A stretch of 64,000 bases of DNA from Patescibacteria group bacterium (GTDB lineage Bacteria; Patescibacteriota; UBA1384; XYA2-FULL-43-10; 1-14-0-10-43-13): contig JBAYHC010000001.1 in NCBI GenBank assembly GCA_041666325.1, forward strand, positions 393,708-457,707, in the 5' to 3' direction. The position numbers and the translations under genes were made by a program. The notes beneath the pieces were generated by a model that worked only from the letters and a program-made list of their open reading frames with translations, made no database searches and was not told the DNA's origin. Within the stretch, counting starts at the first letter, position 1, and each line of letters begins with the position of its first letter. Positions 1 through 9,811 of the stretch are shown piece after piece.

Positions 1-2
1 TG

Positions 3-1181
3 AGCAAAAAAGAAATAATTGTCTTCTCTATCCTATTTCTCACTCTTGCATTTCTCACTTTTGACACACTATTCTATTCACTCACAAGGAAGCATTCTTA
101 TCAGTTCCTCAGCCTAAAGACGATGAGTACCCGAGTCTTTAGCGTCAACACCCGGTGCAGCAATGAATCTCCAATCAAGAATCTATCAAAAGCAAATGAT
201 CCCAGCCTGAAACAGCTTGGACAGCTCCAAAATACCTGCGGCTCGTTTGCCTCGCGGCAAATAATGATATACACAGACATCCCCAAGGACGAAGAGACCG
301 CCAGAAGAAACGGAGCGAAGATGGCTAACACACTGAAACAGTTTTCGGAGTATGGCGTCTCGCCAATAGTCATGGCAGAGCCAGTTACCGATTGGGGCGT
401 GATAGATATCGAAGCATTCAAGAACGGTCAATTTGACAATAGCCTGGCCACTTATTTCTCCACAATAGCGCAAAGCAATGTTGCAGATGACCAAATGGGA
501 GTCTGGGTGCCTTTTCCGGAGGCCAACCTTCCCTACTGGAATAGAACAAATGTCAAACCGAACGACTTCGCTCCGGTAGCAAATCGATATCTAGGCATTT
601 ACAAAAGAGCATTTCCGGCAGCAAAGGGCAGCGTGCTACTGAATTCGGCAACCTACGAGTCACCCGATTTTCAGTGGAACGAGGAAAAATATATTAGTTT
701 AGCCAAATATGCGGAACACCTCGACAAAACATTGGTCGACAGCTTTGGGTTGCAAGGCTTCCCATGGTCACCGCCAACCACATCAGGCGGAGGACAATTG
801 CATGCTTACAACTTTCTGAATTACAAGATTGCTCAAGAAGCTGCCGATATCATTGGCACAAAAAACATCTGGTTCAACACCGGCACCTTCTCGCAGAAAT
901 ACACCCTCGACCCGATAAACACAGTCCGGGTAACACCGCTGCAGAGAATGGATATATTGAATGATATCTTGGGGCAAGCAAAAAAGTTAAAGGAGGGTGG
1001 CTATAATGTTTCAATAAATATCTATTCGCCAGATAGGAGTGATGACATTGAGGCAACAGATTGGTCGTACTTGAGCAAAGACAACGACGGATCGGTTAAA
1101 CATGAGTCAATTCTAATCGACTTCGTCTCTAAACTTAATCAGAATAAAATTGGAGTCTCGTTTTACAACGATCCAGTCTAA
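3..1181 (+). CDS. Membrane-anchored putative glycoside hydrolase (GH26-like TIM barrel); start probably just off-window
   Basis: Frame is open from position 3 (SKKEIIVFSILFLTLAFLTF, a TM anchor) into ORF 123..1181. WVPFPEAN and VDSFGLQGFP segments resemble clan GH-A/GH26 strands. Confidence 0.55.
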   Translation, partial: SKKEIIVFSILFLTLAFLTFDTLFYSLTRKHSYQFLSLKTMSTRVFSVNTRCSNESPIKNLSKANDPSLKQLGQLQNTCGSFASRQIMIYTDIPKDEETARRNGAKMANTLKQFSEYGVSPIVMAEPVTDWGVIDIEAFKNGQFDNSLATYFSTIAQSNVADDQMGVWVPFPEANLPYWNRTNVKPNDFAPVANRYLGIYKRAFPAAKGSVLLNSATYESPDFQWNEEKYISLAKYAEHLDKTLVDSFGLQGFPWSPPTTSGGGQLHAYNFLNYKIAQEAADIIGTKNIWFNTGTFSQKYTLDPINTVRVTPLQRMDILNDILGQAKKLKEGGYNVSINIYSPDRSDDIEATDWSYLSKDNDGSVKHESILIDFVSKLNQNKIGVSFYNDPV

Positions 1182-1192
1182 AAAGGAGAACA

Positions 1193-1516
1193 ATGAGCTT
1201 TGAGCAATACCATGAACCAGCAAATGAATTATCGGATGCAACTCGGACATTCGCCCGTATCGTGATCGGTCTGATAGAAGAAGCAGAGGCTATCAACTGG
1301 TATGAACAACGAATGTCAGTTGAGAAAAATGAGGACGCGAAAGCGATCATACAAAACGCCCAGAGAGAGGAAATGAAGCATTTTAGCATGGACCTTGAGT
1401 TCCTCTTCCGCAACAAACCAGACTGGCGCCTGATATCATCTCACGTCCTTTTTCAGGACGGAGATATCGTCGAGCTGGGTGAGCAGGCCGAAGAACACAT
1501 GGATGCCGCAGAATAG
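1193..1516 (+). CDS. Ferritin-like protein, encapsulated-ferritin (EncFtn/Flp) type
   Basis: YHEP..LS, LIEEAEAINWYEQR and EEMKH ferroxidase motifs; AAGGAG RBS. Confidence 0.85.
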   Translation: MSFEQYHEPANELSDATRTFARIVIGLIEEAEAINWYEQRMSVEKNEDAKAIIQNAQREEMKHFSMDLEFLFRNKPDWRLISSHVLFQDGDIVELGEQAEEHMDAAE

Positions 1517-1540
1517 GACCCGGCTGAGATCAGTGGCATA

Positions 1541-1565
1541 AAACAAAAGGCGCCCGATGGCGCCT
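1541..1565 (-). terminator. Rho-independent terminator between convergent genes
   Basis: aggcgcc-cgat-ggcgcct hairpin followed by a T-run on the minus strand. Confidence 0.55.
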
Positions 1566-1585
1566 GACGGAGTTAGCGTGTGAAT

Positions 1586-2314
1586 CTAGGGCAAGGTAAT
1601 GACTGGGCCTTCTGTGCTGTTGATCTTGTCACCAGCCAGAGTGGCACCGGGAATTGTCCGAACAAGTTCGCGAGCAATTTTGATAAGCAGATTCTTGACT
1701 TCTTTGCTGCATTTATCCCATGGCTTCTGTTTCTTGTCGGCAAATGATGGAAGAAGAAACAGCTCACCAAGGAGTATCTCTACGTCAATCCTCCCCGCAA
1801 TGTCACCAAGGTGCCCGTGAACCAGTTCGATCACACTGGTTATAATCTCGTATCGGCTCATCGCCTGGATGTCCTCGCCAATCCCCTCATCTGCACGATC
1901 AGAAATTGCCCGAAATGCCTCGGCCAAAGCAACCATCGCCGTCTGGTCGGTATATGGGAACCGGTCATGGCGCTCGGGCGCATCGCCCTGGCTTCGCCTC
2001 TGCTCTATGATAGCAGCAAGTTGTGCCGTAACCTCTGCGCTTGGCGCATCAGTACCAGTGACGACCCGCGCGGCCTTGATGTCCTCAACAAGATCAAAAA
2101 CCAAAGAATCATCAATGGGTGGAATCTCTGTGCCTGTCAATCGCAATCGATCCGATGCGTCGGCAGCGATCTTAGTCGCTCTCGCCATAAACTCAGGTCG
2201 CTCGCGATACTCCGGCAACCATGAGGCCAGGTAAATCTCAAGGGCAGTGTGACGCTGACGGAGAAGCTCGTGTTCCTCTACCGCCGGCGTTGCCTCAACT
2301 GATCTAAGATCCAT
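1586..2314 (-). CDS. Hypothetical protein (start refined to MDLRSV)
   Basis: AAGGAGG RBS before ATG 2314 and TGCTATACT extended -10 upstream; the longer ORF call overlaps the next gene. Confidence 0.7.
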   Translation of the reverse strand: MDLRSVEATPAVEEHELLRQRHTALEIYLASWLPEYRERPEFMARATKIAADASDRLRLTGTEIPPIDDSLVFDLVEDIKAARVVTGTDAPSAEVTAQLAAIIEQRRSQGDAPERHDRFPYTDQTAMVALAEAFRAISDRADEGIGEDIQAMSRYEIITSVIELVHGHLGDIAGRIDVEILLGELFLLPSFADKKQKPWDKCSKEVKNLLIKIARELVRTIPGATLAGDKINSTEGPVITLP

Positions 2315-2396
2315 ACAGTGCCTCCTTCTTGATATTCCATGGCAGTATAGCACAAATTGTGCCCGAGTCCACAAAGAACCCGCCAGGAGAGGCGGG

Positions 2397-3350
2397 TTAG
2401 TGTTCGTCACAAAGAGTGAAAAGATTGCGTCGAGGCGGAGATGTTTCTTCTCGCCAACCGACATTGCCATTCTGGTTAACCTCATCACGCCCAACAATGA
2501 TCCTGCGGCATACGTCATGGGCAGGACATTTTCCCAGGCAGTGAGAACCCATCTCTGCCGGATCCTTGGGCTTTCGGGCGCATATCCTCGCCCCGGTGTG
2601 CCACAAAGCCTGGGAGAGATCGGATTGTGAAAGACCATGCGCCAAAGTAACCCTGCGAACGAATCTGCAAATCTGATCGCTCAGGTATTCTTTGCGTTCA
2701 TTTGGCCACCATTCAACCAGATCGAATTGCCGAAAAAGCCTCATGACCCAAATATCAACCGGAAACATTGCAACTTGCCGAACCACCTTCCAGCGTTCTT
2801 GCTCTTCTGGCCATGGTACATCCTGCATCCAGAGAGTCATAAGAGAGGCGATCTTCTCGGCTACTCCAGGCAAATCATCCAAAACGGGTAATAGCGTCTC
2901 TCTGCTATCGCCATGCCGCAAGAAGATATTACGAGGATCTCCCCCATATTCTTCCGCCACGACCTGACGACACGTACACCACCATCCAACTCGTTCGAAA
3001 TCCCTGGTTGACCCGTAAGGTATAACCTTGGCGAGCAGCTTGAGCTCCTCGTTTGTGCATGACATCAACGGATCGATGATGTTGGGATAATCAGTCACAA
3101 TCGGCACAGACTTTTTGGCAATGTTGAACGATGTATCGCCAGAACGATTAAGCCAAGCGTAGAAGAAGCGAACCAGGGCCTCGCGTCGCGACAAAGGCTC
3201 AATGCCGCACTGGTCTAGCAGCCACCTCTCAGGCTGAATAGCGTGGTTGAATGCTTTAGACCTCCGGTACCAAGCATCGAGCATGAAACGAAAAACACGC
3301 AGAGCGCGCTCTTCCTTGAAAATGATATCGCCATTTCTTTTTGTCTCCAC
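2397..3350 (-). CDS. HhH-GPD superfamily DNA glycosylase-like protein with C-terminal 4-Cys (Fe-S) motif, paralog 1
   Basis: HhH LDDLPGVAEKIA, FPVDIWVMR, and C-terminal ICARKP..HCLGKCPAHDVC. GTG start at 3350 behind GGAGGAGGT. Confidence 0.75.
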   Translation of the reverse strand: METKRNGDIIFKEERALRVFRFMLDAWYRRSKAFNHAIQPERWLLDQCGIEPLSRREALVRFFYAWLNRSGDTSFNIAKKSVPIVTDYPNIIDPLMSCTNEELKLLAKVIPYGSTRDFERVGWWCTCRQVVAEEYGGDPRNIFLRHGDSRETLLPVLDDLPGVAEKIASLMTLWMQDVPWPEEQERWKVVRQVAMFPVDIWVMRLFRQFDLVEWWPNERKEYLSDQICRFVRRVTLAHGLSQSDLSQALWHTGARICARKPKDPAEMGSHCLGKCPAHDVCRRIIVGRDEVNQNGNVGWREETSPPRRNLFTLCDEH

Positions 3351-3444
3351 TTCCCCACCTCCTCCCAAGCAGAGAACACAAAAAGCGGTTAACCCGCTCC
3401 GTTTCGGATTATATCAGAGGGATAGACAATTAAAAGAGCCGGGA

Positions 3445-4404
3445 CTAGATTCGCCCCGGCGCAAATAAGTTTTGCTCACTGCAACGCACAATTGTATCAT
3501 CAGCACCAACGCGCCCATTCAGATAGTTGTTCCATCGATTTTGAATGAATATGGTGCAATGATCATGTAACGGACATTCGGATAGGCAGTGCATGTCAGC
3601 CCTTTGCTTTTGTCTTTCACCTTTGGGCCGTCGATCGCAAATCAAGGCGCCGATATGCCAGAAGCCTTGGGCCAAATCAATGTGCGAGAGTCGATGACGA
3701 GCACACAAGCCACACGTGAATTCACAAATCTCGAGAATGATTTTGTCTCGGCTATCACGCCGCCAACTCGAGATAATCTGTGACTGAACAAAGAGTCGCG
3801 CAATCCACATGTCTGTTGGGAACAGGGGGATGAGCTTGACCTGCTTCCACACATCTCTGCAAGATGAATTTCCTGGCCAACGCACTTCCTGAAACCAGAC
3901 ACCGATCAGCTGAGCAATCTTGCGACCAATGCCAGGAAAATCATCAAGCGCCTGAATCAAATTCTCTCTATCGCCCTCATGAGTCAAAAAGATATTTCTC
4001 GGGTCGCCACCATAGCTCTCAAGTAGGATCTGGCGGCAAGCCAGCCATTGATCGATCCTCTCTGGTTCAGAGTCAGCCAGAGGGATGATTTCCTCCAAAA
4101 CTTTGCGTGATTGATCGAACATAATCCTACGCGGATCAATTATTCCTGGATGGCTTGACCAGGCCTGAGCCAAGTGATCGCGAAGGACCAGGGCTTTCTC
4201 ACCATAGCGATTGATCCAACCAAGGAAGAAAAGGTTCAGCGCATGTTCTCGGCTTCCCCTGATTATTCCTGGAGGAAGGTTCATCTCAAATGGCACCAAC
4301 CCGCCAAGCCCTCGAGACCGCTCGCGCCACGACTTGATAACATGACAAAAGACCGTCAGCGCTCTCTCCTCATCGAAAACAAGAAGAGGATTGGTTATCT
4401 TCAC
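3445..4404 (-). CDS. HhH-GPD superfamily DNA glycosylase-like protein with C-terminal 4-Cys (Fe-S) motif, paralog 2
   Basis: LDDFPGIGRKIA, FPTDMWIAR, ICDRRP..HCLSECPLHDHC; shares YGGDPRNIFL with paralog 1. Start 4404 chosen by alignment to the paralog (4446 is the alternative). Confidence 0.75.
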   Translation of the reverse strand: MKITNPLLVFDEERALTVFCHVIKSWRERSRGLGGLVPFEMNLPPGIIRGSREHALNLFFLGWINRYGEKALVLRDHLAQAWSSHPGIIDPRRIMFDQSRKVLEEIIPLADSEPERIDQWLACRQILLESYGGDPRNIFLTHEGDRENLIQALDDFPGIGRKIAQLIGVWFQEVRWPGNSSCRDVWKQVKLIPLFPTDMWIARLFVQSQIISSWRRDSRDKIILEICEFTCGLCARHRLSHIDLAQGFWHIGALICDRRPKGERQKQRADMHCLSECPLHDHCTIFIQNRWNNYLNGRVGADDTIVRCSEQNLFAPGRI

Positions 4405-4521
4405 TCTCTTTCCCCCTCTCAAAATGAAGAAAGAGTGGTCCTCCACTCCTTGCTGCCGATTGTAGCAGGTTTAAAAACAAAAAAAAGAGAGGGCGGCCAC
4501 TGGGCCAAACCCTCGTAACAA

Positions 4522-5910
4522 TCAGCGAACGGCGGACAATACGGCCTGATGAGACGCAGCCTCATCAGAGGTAATCAGAATTTCCAGCCTCGTGCGCACG
4601 GCCGGCAAGAGAACAATTGCTCTCTCTCTGTCAACAATTTCAATTAAACCATCAAGATGCGGAAGCAAATCATCTAAAACATCAAGCAGCTTAATGAAGG
4701 CCCTGGCAGTCTCTGCCTTCATAAACGGTGACTGCTTTGCACTCTCGCCGTGAGTCTTGAAGAGACTAATCATCGACTTAAAGTAGGTAAACAATGACCA
4801 GATTCCCCCAAGCGTATTCCTTCGAAATGCCGCCTTGATTGACTTCCACTCTTCCCTCATCTGATACTCAGGGTCAAGCATCAAGTCAAGCATCTGGTCG
4901 CCACCTGTGTTCTTACACGCTAGATGCAACCTAACCATCTTTTCAAATGCAGGCACCTTGAGACGCTCCGCTACAGCCTTAGCCAACCAGCGGAGAAGGT
5001 CCTCTTCACCAAGACCGTCGGACTGCAAACGCGCAAGTTCAACGGCTATGCCATAAGCCACCTCTTGAACTTCGGCTGCCTGCCTGATACGCTCGGGCAA
5101 CTCACTGAACGCAAGGGCGTGGCGCATCTTCTCCTCGCTGCGCCCCATACGCCGGGCAAACGCGGCGACGGACATTCCGGCAAGCGACTTTAATACTCGG
5201 TAATATTCGGCATAACTCAACGCCTCCTCGCAGATAGGAACCGCTTGGTGATTGTTCTCGGCGTACTGAATATTCAGTGCCTCCTCGGGCGAGATGTTAA
5301 CGTAGATCTGAGCAGGAAAATAGTAGCCCTCCGGTGCGTCCTCCTCCTGGTGGCGAGCATAACACACACCTGGAGCTTCTTGGTTGTGCTCCTTCTTGCA
5401 AGCCGAACACCCCCCAAACCAATTCCGTTTCATGGCTCGAATGCGGCATTCGCCAGCCAAGAGAATAAAGACAACGATCCTTCCGTCCGGCAACGTAACT
5501 TGCCTCATATCATCGAGAGTCAAGGACCTAGAAAGCTCTTTCACCCTGACTTCATTGAACACCGACAGGTAACACAGCGTCTGCTCAACAGAACAACAGT
5601 ACACCGCCGGTCTATATATGAGCCCATTCAGAGCAATGTCATCGCCGAGCTCTTCTATCCTCTCCTTGGGGAAAGTTTTTCTTGGCTGTGGCAAGACATT
5701 AATCTGATCGAAAGACAGCCAATCATGAATGACTCGCCGCCTGACCCCATCCATAGCCATAGCAAGCGGGGTCGATTTTCTACGATGACCACTACCATTG
5801 GATGAAGCGGGAACACGAACCGCAACACCCGCAGGTTTGTGACCGTTTCCGTTCCCGTTGCCAGAAGAGGCGCCCTCCCCTGACACAACCGCCACCTTAC
5901 GAGTGCTCAT
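4522..5910 (-). CDS. ParB/Spo0J-like protein with insertions and long C-terminal region
   Basis: QPRKTF..IEELGDDIALNG, LLAGECRIRA (variant of GERRxRA), QYAEN, and HTH SVAAFARRMGRSEEKMRHAL. Confidence 0.75.
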   Translation of the reverse strand: MSTRKVAVVSGEGASSGNGNGNGHKPAGVAVRVPASSNGSGHRRKSTPLAMAMDGVRRRVIHDWLSFDQINVLPQPRKTFPKERIEELGDDIALNGLIYRPAVYCCSVEQTLCYLSVFNEVRVKELSRSLTLDDMRQVTLPDGRIVVFILLAGECRIRAMKRNWFGGCSACKKEHNQEAPGVCYARHQEEDAPEGYYFPAQIYVNISPEEALNIQYAENNHQAVPICEEALSYAEYYRVLKSLAGMSVAAFARRMGRSEEKMRHALAFSELPERIRQAAEVQEVAYGIAVELARLQSDGLGEEDLLRWLAKAVAERLKVPAFEKMVRLHLACKNTGGDQMLDLMLDPEYQMREEWKSIKAAFRRNTLGGIWSLFTYFKSMISLFKTHGESAKQSPFMKAETARAFIKLLDVLDDLLPHLDGLIEIVDRERAIVLLPAVRTRLEILITSDEAASHQAVLSAVR

Positions 5911-6017
5911 TTCCCGCTCCCCTCTATGGCGCTCGAAGCATCATCCGCATCTAGCATTGCAGAAGGTCATCGCGAAAATCAAGCGACTTATCCACAAGAG
6001 CTTAAAGAGAACTTATT

Positions 6018-6977
6018 TTATTGGCCTTGGCCCTCGCAGCCAGAGAAGGTAAAGGCAAACGCTTGGAATCGCCCCTCTATCACCTTGACACTGAGTGTGC
6101 CTTGAATTAATTTGTCACTCTTTAAGGCCCTGTACATTCTAGGCTCTTTTATGATCAACTCGCTGTTAGATAGGTCTGCGCCCTTAATCTCATCAGGAAT
6201 CGGTTTGCCATTCAGCTTTACTTCTAGCTTTGTCAGACCATCGAGTGCCGACAAGACAACATTAACCTCGGTCGCATGAAAGTCCAAATAAAGCGTGGAA
6301 TCAGGACCAGCTGATTGGACATACTCCGGAGTGGCCAAAAACTCCCCAGCGAGAGCGACCGAATCCCTGGATATCACTTCTGGTTTTCTGTATTCAAAAA
6401 CAATGTCATACCAGTATCCGCCGTCGTTACTAAGGTTTCCTCTGGCATAACCACAATAGAGTTCTGGTGTCGGCCGGAAGCAAACAGCCCCAGGTTCTAG
6501 TTCGTCATATACTATCGGAATCTCTGCATAGCCCTTGTCGCCAATCCGGTGTCGAACAAGCGCCTGAATTGCGGACTCAGTTTCGGCGTAATTTCCTTCA
6601 CCAAAATGAGAAAAAACAATGTCTCCGTCGGAAGAGATCAAATATTTTGCTGGCCAATAATGATTAGCAAAGTTGTTCCAGTTGATGTAGTCGTTGTCCA
6701 GAACAACCGGCCACTCGATTTGAAGATCAGAGATGGCTCTTTTCACGTTCTCCGGATTTTTTTCGAAACCAAATTCCGGCGTATGGACACCAATAATCAA
6801 AAATGGTTTATCCTTATATCTTTCCCACCATCGACGCAGATACGGCATGGTCCGCAAACAATTGACGCAAGAGTAAGTCCAGAAATCAACAAGAATAATT
6901 TTTCCTCGAAGATCATCGCTCCGAAGTGGAGCAGAATTGAACCATACATCTCCGACTATATCTGGCATTCTAGTCAT
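6018..6977 (-). CDS. Thioredoxin-like (redoxin) protein with DipZ-type C-terminal domain
   Basis: DFWTYSCVNC, GVHTPEF, WPAKYL, TPELYCGY, AFTF motifs. TGATATAAT 8 nt before ATG 6977. Confidence 0.85.
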   Translation of the reverse strand: MTRMPDIVGDVWFNSAPLRSDDLRGKIILVDFWTYSCVNCLRTMPYLRRWWERYKDKPFLIIGVHTPEFGFEKNPENVKRAISDLQIEWPVVLDNDYINWNNFANHYWPAKYLISSDGDIVFSHFGEGNYAETESAIQALVRHRIGDKGYAEIPIVYDELEPGAVCFRPTPELYCGYARGNLSNDGGYWYDIVFEYRKPEVISRDSVALAGEFLATPEYVQSAGPDSTLYLDFHATEVNVVLSALDGLTKLEVKLNGKPIPDEIKGADLSNSELIIKEPRMYRALKSDKLIQGTLSVKVIEGRFQAFAFTFSGCEGQGQ

Positions 6978-7012
6978 AGCGGCCAATTATATCAAATTGC
7001 TTCACGCAAGTA

Positions 7013-7174
7013 TCAGATTCTACCTCGCCAATTTTGGGAGCCTCTTTTCCCTCGATACCAATTAACTATTTGGTAGAAAAGCTTTCCAATTCGGTGAAAT
7101 GGAAATTTGCCGGCTATCTCAATCTGACGTTCAGCCTTTTTTGCAGCGCCTCTTTTGTCTCGGTTTTTTGGCAT
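7013..7174 (-). CDS. Small basic protein (53 aa), below the ORF-track cutoff
   Basis: GAGGAGG RBS then MPKNRDKRGAAKKAERQIEIAGKFPFHRIGKLFYQIVNWYRGKRGSQNWRGRI; occupies an otherwise empty gap. Confidence 0.5.
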   Translation of the reverse strand: MPKNRDKRGAAKKAERQIEIAGKFPFHRIGKLFYQIVNWYRGKRGSQNWRGRI

Positions 7175-7326
7175 TTTCCTCCTCATTCAAAAGGTACTCT
7201 CCTGAGTCAGGATGACAAGAAAATTGCCCCGTCATAGGCTTCGGCCGAAGAATAGATGTGGGCTAGCCCCTTCCAAAAGCGCCTTTTTTTGCGCTATGCT
7301 TAACTCAAACTACGGAGCAACCACAA

Positions 7327-9765
7327 ATGATCAAATCGATAAACAAGAAAATGATTTTGGCGCTGTTCTCTGTTGCCTGGATTATTTTTGTTGTCCTTAA
7401 TTACTTCCTTGCATTCGGCTCTGCTGGTGACCCCAAGACAGCGATACGCTCAAGCCACTCATACTATTTGGATGCAGCAAAAAAACTAATCGACTTTGAT
7501 TTGCTTGACGGCGGAGGAAAATTATTTAACCCCAATCCGATCATCAGCGTTGTGATATTGACTCTTTGCTCCTATCTAATGGTCTATATTTGGCTGAAAC
7601 ACAAAGGACACAAAAACCTACAGATAAACACTACAACAAAAATTATTTTTCCAATCTTTTATCTATCGTTTTTGATCACGTTTCTCTCCTGGGAGGGATA
7701 CTTCCACCTCAACGATCCTGTTGTTTACCGCGGTATAATCCCATATAGCTTGGGCGTCTTTCTGTTCATCTTTTTAGCTACGTTATTAATGACTTCAGCT
7801 GGTAGCAAGATAGCTAGAGCACTAAGTTGGCACAGAGAGGAATCCGATGTCTTAGAGAACCTCATCTATTCATTCGGATTTGGAGCTATTGCAACGATAT
7901 TTTTGATTTTTTTTCTGGGCATAACTGGCCGACTCGACACTCTCGCTATCTCGATCATGTTTGCCGCAATCGCCCTCTTCTGCCTCAAAGAAATAAAATA
8001 CTGGATCGGTGCCGCACTAAATACCCCGCTGTCAATTAACACAAGTTTTTTTAGCCCCGCTGTGCTTCTCCTTATGGCGATAGTTATTGTTGCCAGCCAT
8101 AACTATCTTGAATTATTGCGGCCGATTCCAATTGGCCACGATGAGCTTCAGGCCTATCTGAACACCCCAAAGACCATCGCCGAGACAGGCAGACTACCTC
8201 TTGATTTGCGCAACTATGCCTGGGAGATGCTCACTTCAGCCTCATATGCCATAACTAACAGCGCCGCCATGGCAAGGGCGCTCTCGGCGACGGCAGGAAT
8301 ATTTACTACGCTCTCGATTTTTCACATCGTTTCGCTGTATTGTCGGCGCAGAGGCTTTGGCAAAGAAGAACGAGGAACCTATCCCATCCTTGCTGCCGCT
8401 CTTTTCTACATGATGCCAATGGTTGTATTTCAGTCATCTACCGATATCAAGGTAGACCTACCTGCAACGTTCTTTGCCCTTCTTGCCATAAACAGTTTCT
8501 GGAAGTGGCAAGAATCAAAGAAAGAGAGCGACCTGTTTGTCGGTCTCTTCCTGCTTGGTTTTGGTTTTGCCATCAAGCCAACACTTATCCTGCTTGTCCC
8601 ACCAATAGTTATTTTCCTTATCTACTCCATCATTAAATTGCGCACAAGAGCTAGCCACGCACTGGCAATCATAGCAATATCAATACTTCTCTTCTCGATT
8701 TCATCCGTACCGTTTGTCCTTAGCAGGAAGGCGCACGCAAAAAAAGTCAACTACTTCATGCTTGGGTATTTGAATGGCCCGCTCTTTGATCTTCACCAAA
8801 TCACAAGCAAGGATAGAGTTGCCCAGACAGCAGCGGACAAGACAGATATGGAAAAATCTCTGCTCTCACTACAAACAAGTAACCGAACAGAACTCACTCG
8901 CTACTTTGGCGAGAGCAAAAACATCATCAACTTCCTGCTGCTACCATTTAATATAACCAACAACGCAAATGTCTCTGGCCGCTATATTGACATCGGTTTT
9001 GTATTCTTGGCCCTAGCACCAATACTGCTCATTCGACCAAAGGAAGAAACCGATAAAAGCACGAATGACTACTTGTTTAAACAAGTAATTATCATGTCGG
9101 CGATATACTGGATTGCTTGGGCGTTCACTGCATCTGGCATCATTTGGTATGGTTTGCCAGGTTTTCTCTTCCTGCTTATCTTGGTTGTCGAGTCGCTACG
9201 GTCATGCAGACAAAGCCGATACAAAATTCTTGGTATTTTTGCCACGACGGCCATCATCGTCTGGCTCGTTTCTACACTCTTGCTGCGTACCGCTTGCGTT
9301 GCCAGACAGAGCATCTGCATCGACAGGCTTACGCTGTCATATGCACGAGGCAGCATTAATAGTGAAGAGTACTTAGAGCAAACTCTGCCCCGCTTCTATC
9401 CGATTATTCAAACGATTAACGCCGACATAACTCAACATGCCGCAAATCCACCTAAAGTCTATGTCGTTTCCAAGTATTTGAGATATTTTATAGCTGATAA
9501 CGATACCACCGTCTATGAAGATGATCTATCAACTTTCATCAAGCTACATCAAGCCAAGGATTACGACAGAACCATCAGACTGCTCAAAGATGCGGGATTT
9601 AAATACATTGTCTACGGCAGAAACGACGTTGCGTTCTTTGGCAACTCGACCGAAATAGAAACGGTCAAAGATGATTTTTCGAGCTTGATTCTAGACAATC
9701 CCGACAAAATAAAGGTCCACATCAACAATAGAGCCAACGGAATTTTATTTGCTGAAATTCTGTAA
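7327..9765 (+). CDS. Multi-pass membrane glycosyltransferase (GT-C, ArnT/PMT-like)
   Basis: Many TM helices; PIGHDELQAYLNTPK, DIKVDL and GFAIKPT motifs. Confidence 0.7.
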   Translation: MIKSINKKMILALFSVAWIIFVVLNYFLAFGSAGDPKTAIRSSHSYYLDAAKKLIDFDLLDGGGKLFNPNPIISVVILTLCSYLMVYIWLKHKGHKNLQINTTTKIIFPIFYLSFLITFLSWEGYFHLNDPVVYRGIIPYSLGVFLFIFLATLLMTSAGSKIARALSWHREESDVLENLIYSFGFGAIATIFLIFFLGITGRLDTLAISIMFAAIALFCLKEIKYWIGAALNTPLSINTSFFSPAVLLLMAIVIVASHNYLELLRPIPIGHDELQAYLNTPKTIAETGRLPLDLRNYAWEMLTSASYAITNSAAMARALSATAGIFTTLSIFHIVSLYCRRRGFGKEERGTYPILAAALFYMMPMVVFQSSTDIKVDLPATFFALLAINSFWKWQESKKESDLFVGLFLLGFGFAIKPTLILLVPPIVIFLIYSIIKLRTRASHALAIIAISILLFSISSVPFVLSRKAHAKKVNYFMLGYLNGPLFDLHQITSKDRVAQTAADKTDMEKSLLSLQTSNRTELTRYFGESKNIINFLLLPFNITNNANVSGRYIDIGFVFLALAPILLIRPKEETDKSTNDYLFKQVIIMSAIYWIAWAFTASGIIWYGLPGFLFLLILVVESLRSCRQSRYKILGIFATTAIIVWLVSTLLLRTACVARQSICIDRLTLSYARGSINSEEYLEQTLPRFYPIIQTINADITQHAANPPKVYVVSKYLRYFIADNDTTVYEDDLSTFIKLHQAKDYDRTIRLLKDAGFKYIVYGRNDVAFFGNSTEIETVKDDFSSLILDNPDKIKVHINNRANGILFAEIL

Positions 9766-9811
9766 CCGCCAGGCTTGGCGCAGAGATCGTTTTTTGGCAT
9801 AATGACATGCT

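Noticed and set aside
2315-2638. N-terminal extension of ORF 1586..2638
   Set aside because: Overlaps the HhH-GPD gene and a hairpin; the RBS and promoter support a start at 2314.
5245-5805. Long antisense ORFs here and at 6549, 16214, 33860, and the same-strand alternate-frame ORF at 13539
   Set aside because: Shadows of well-supported genes, with no motifs of their own.
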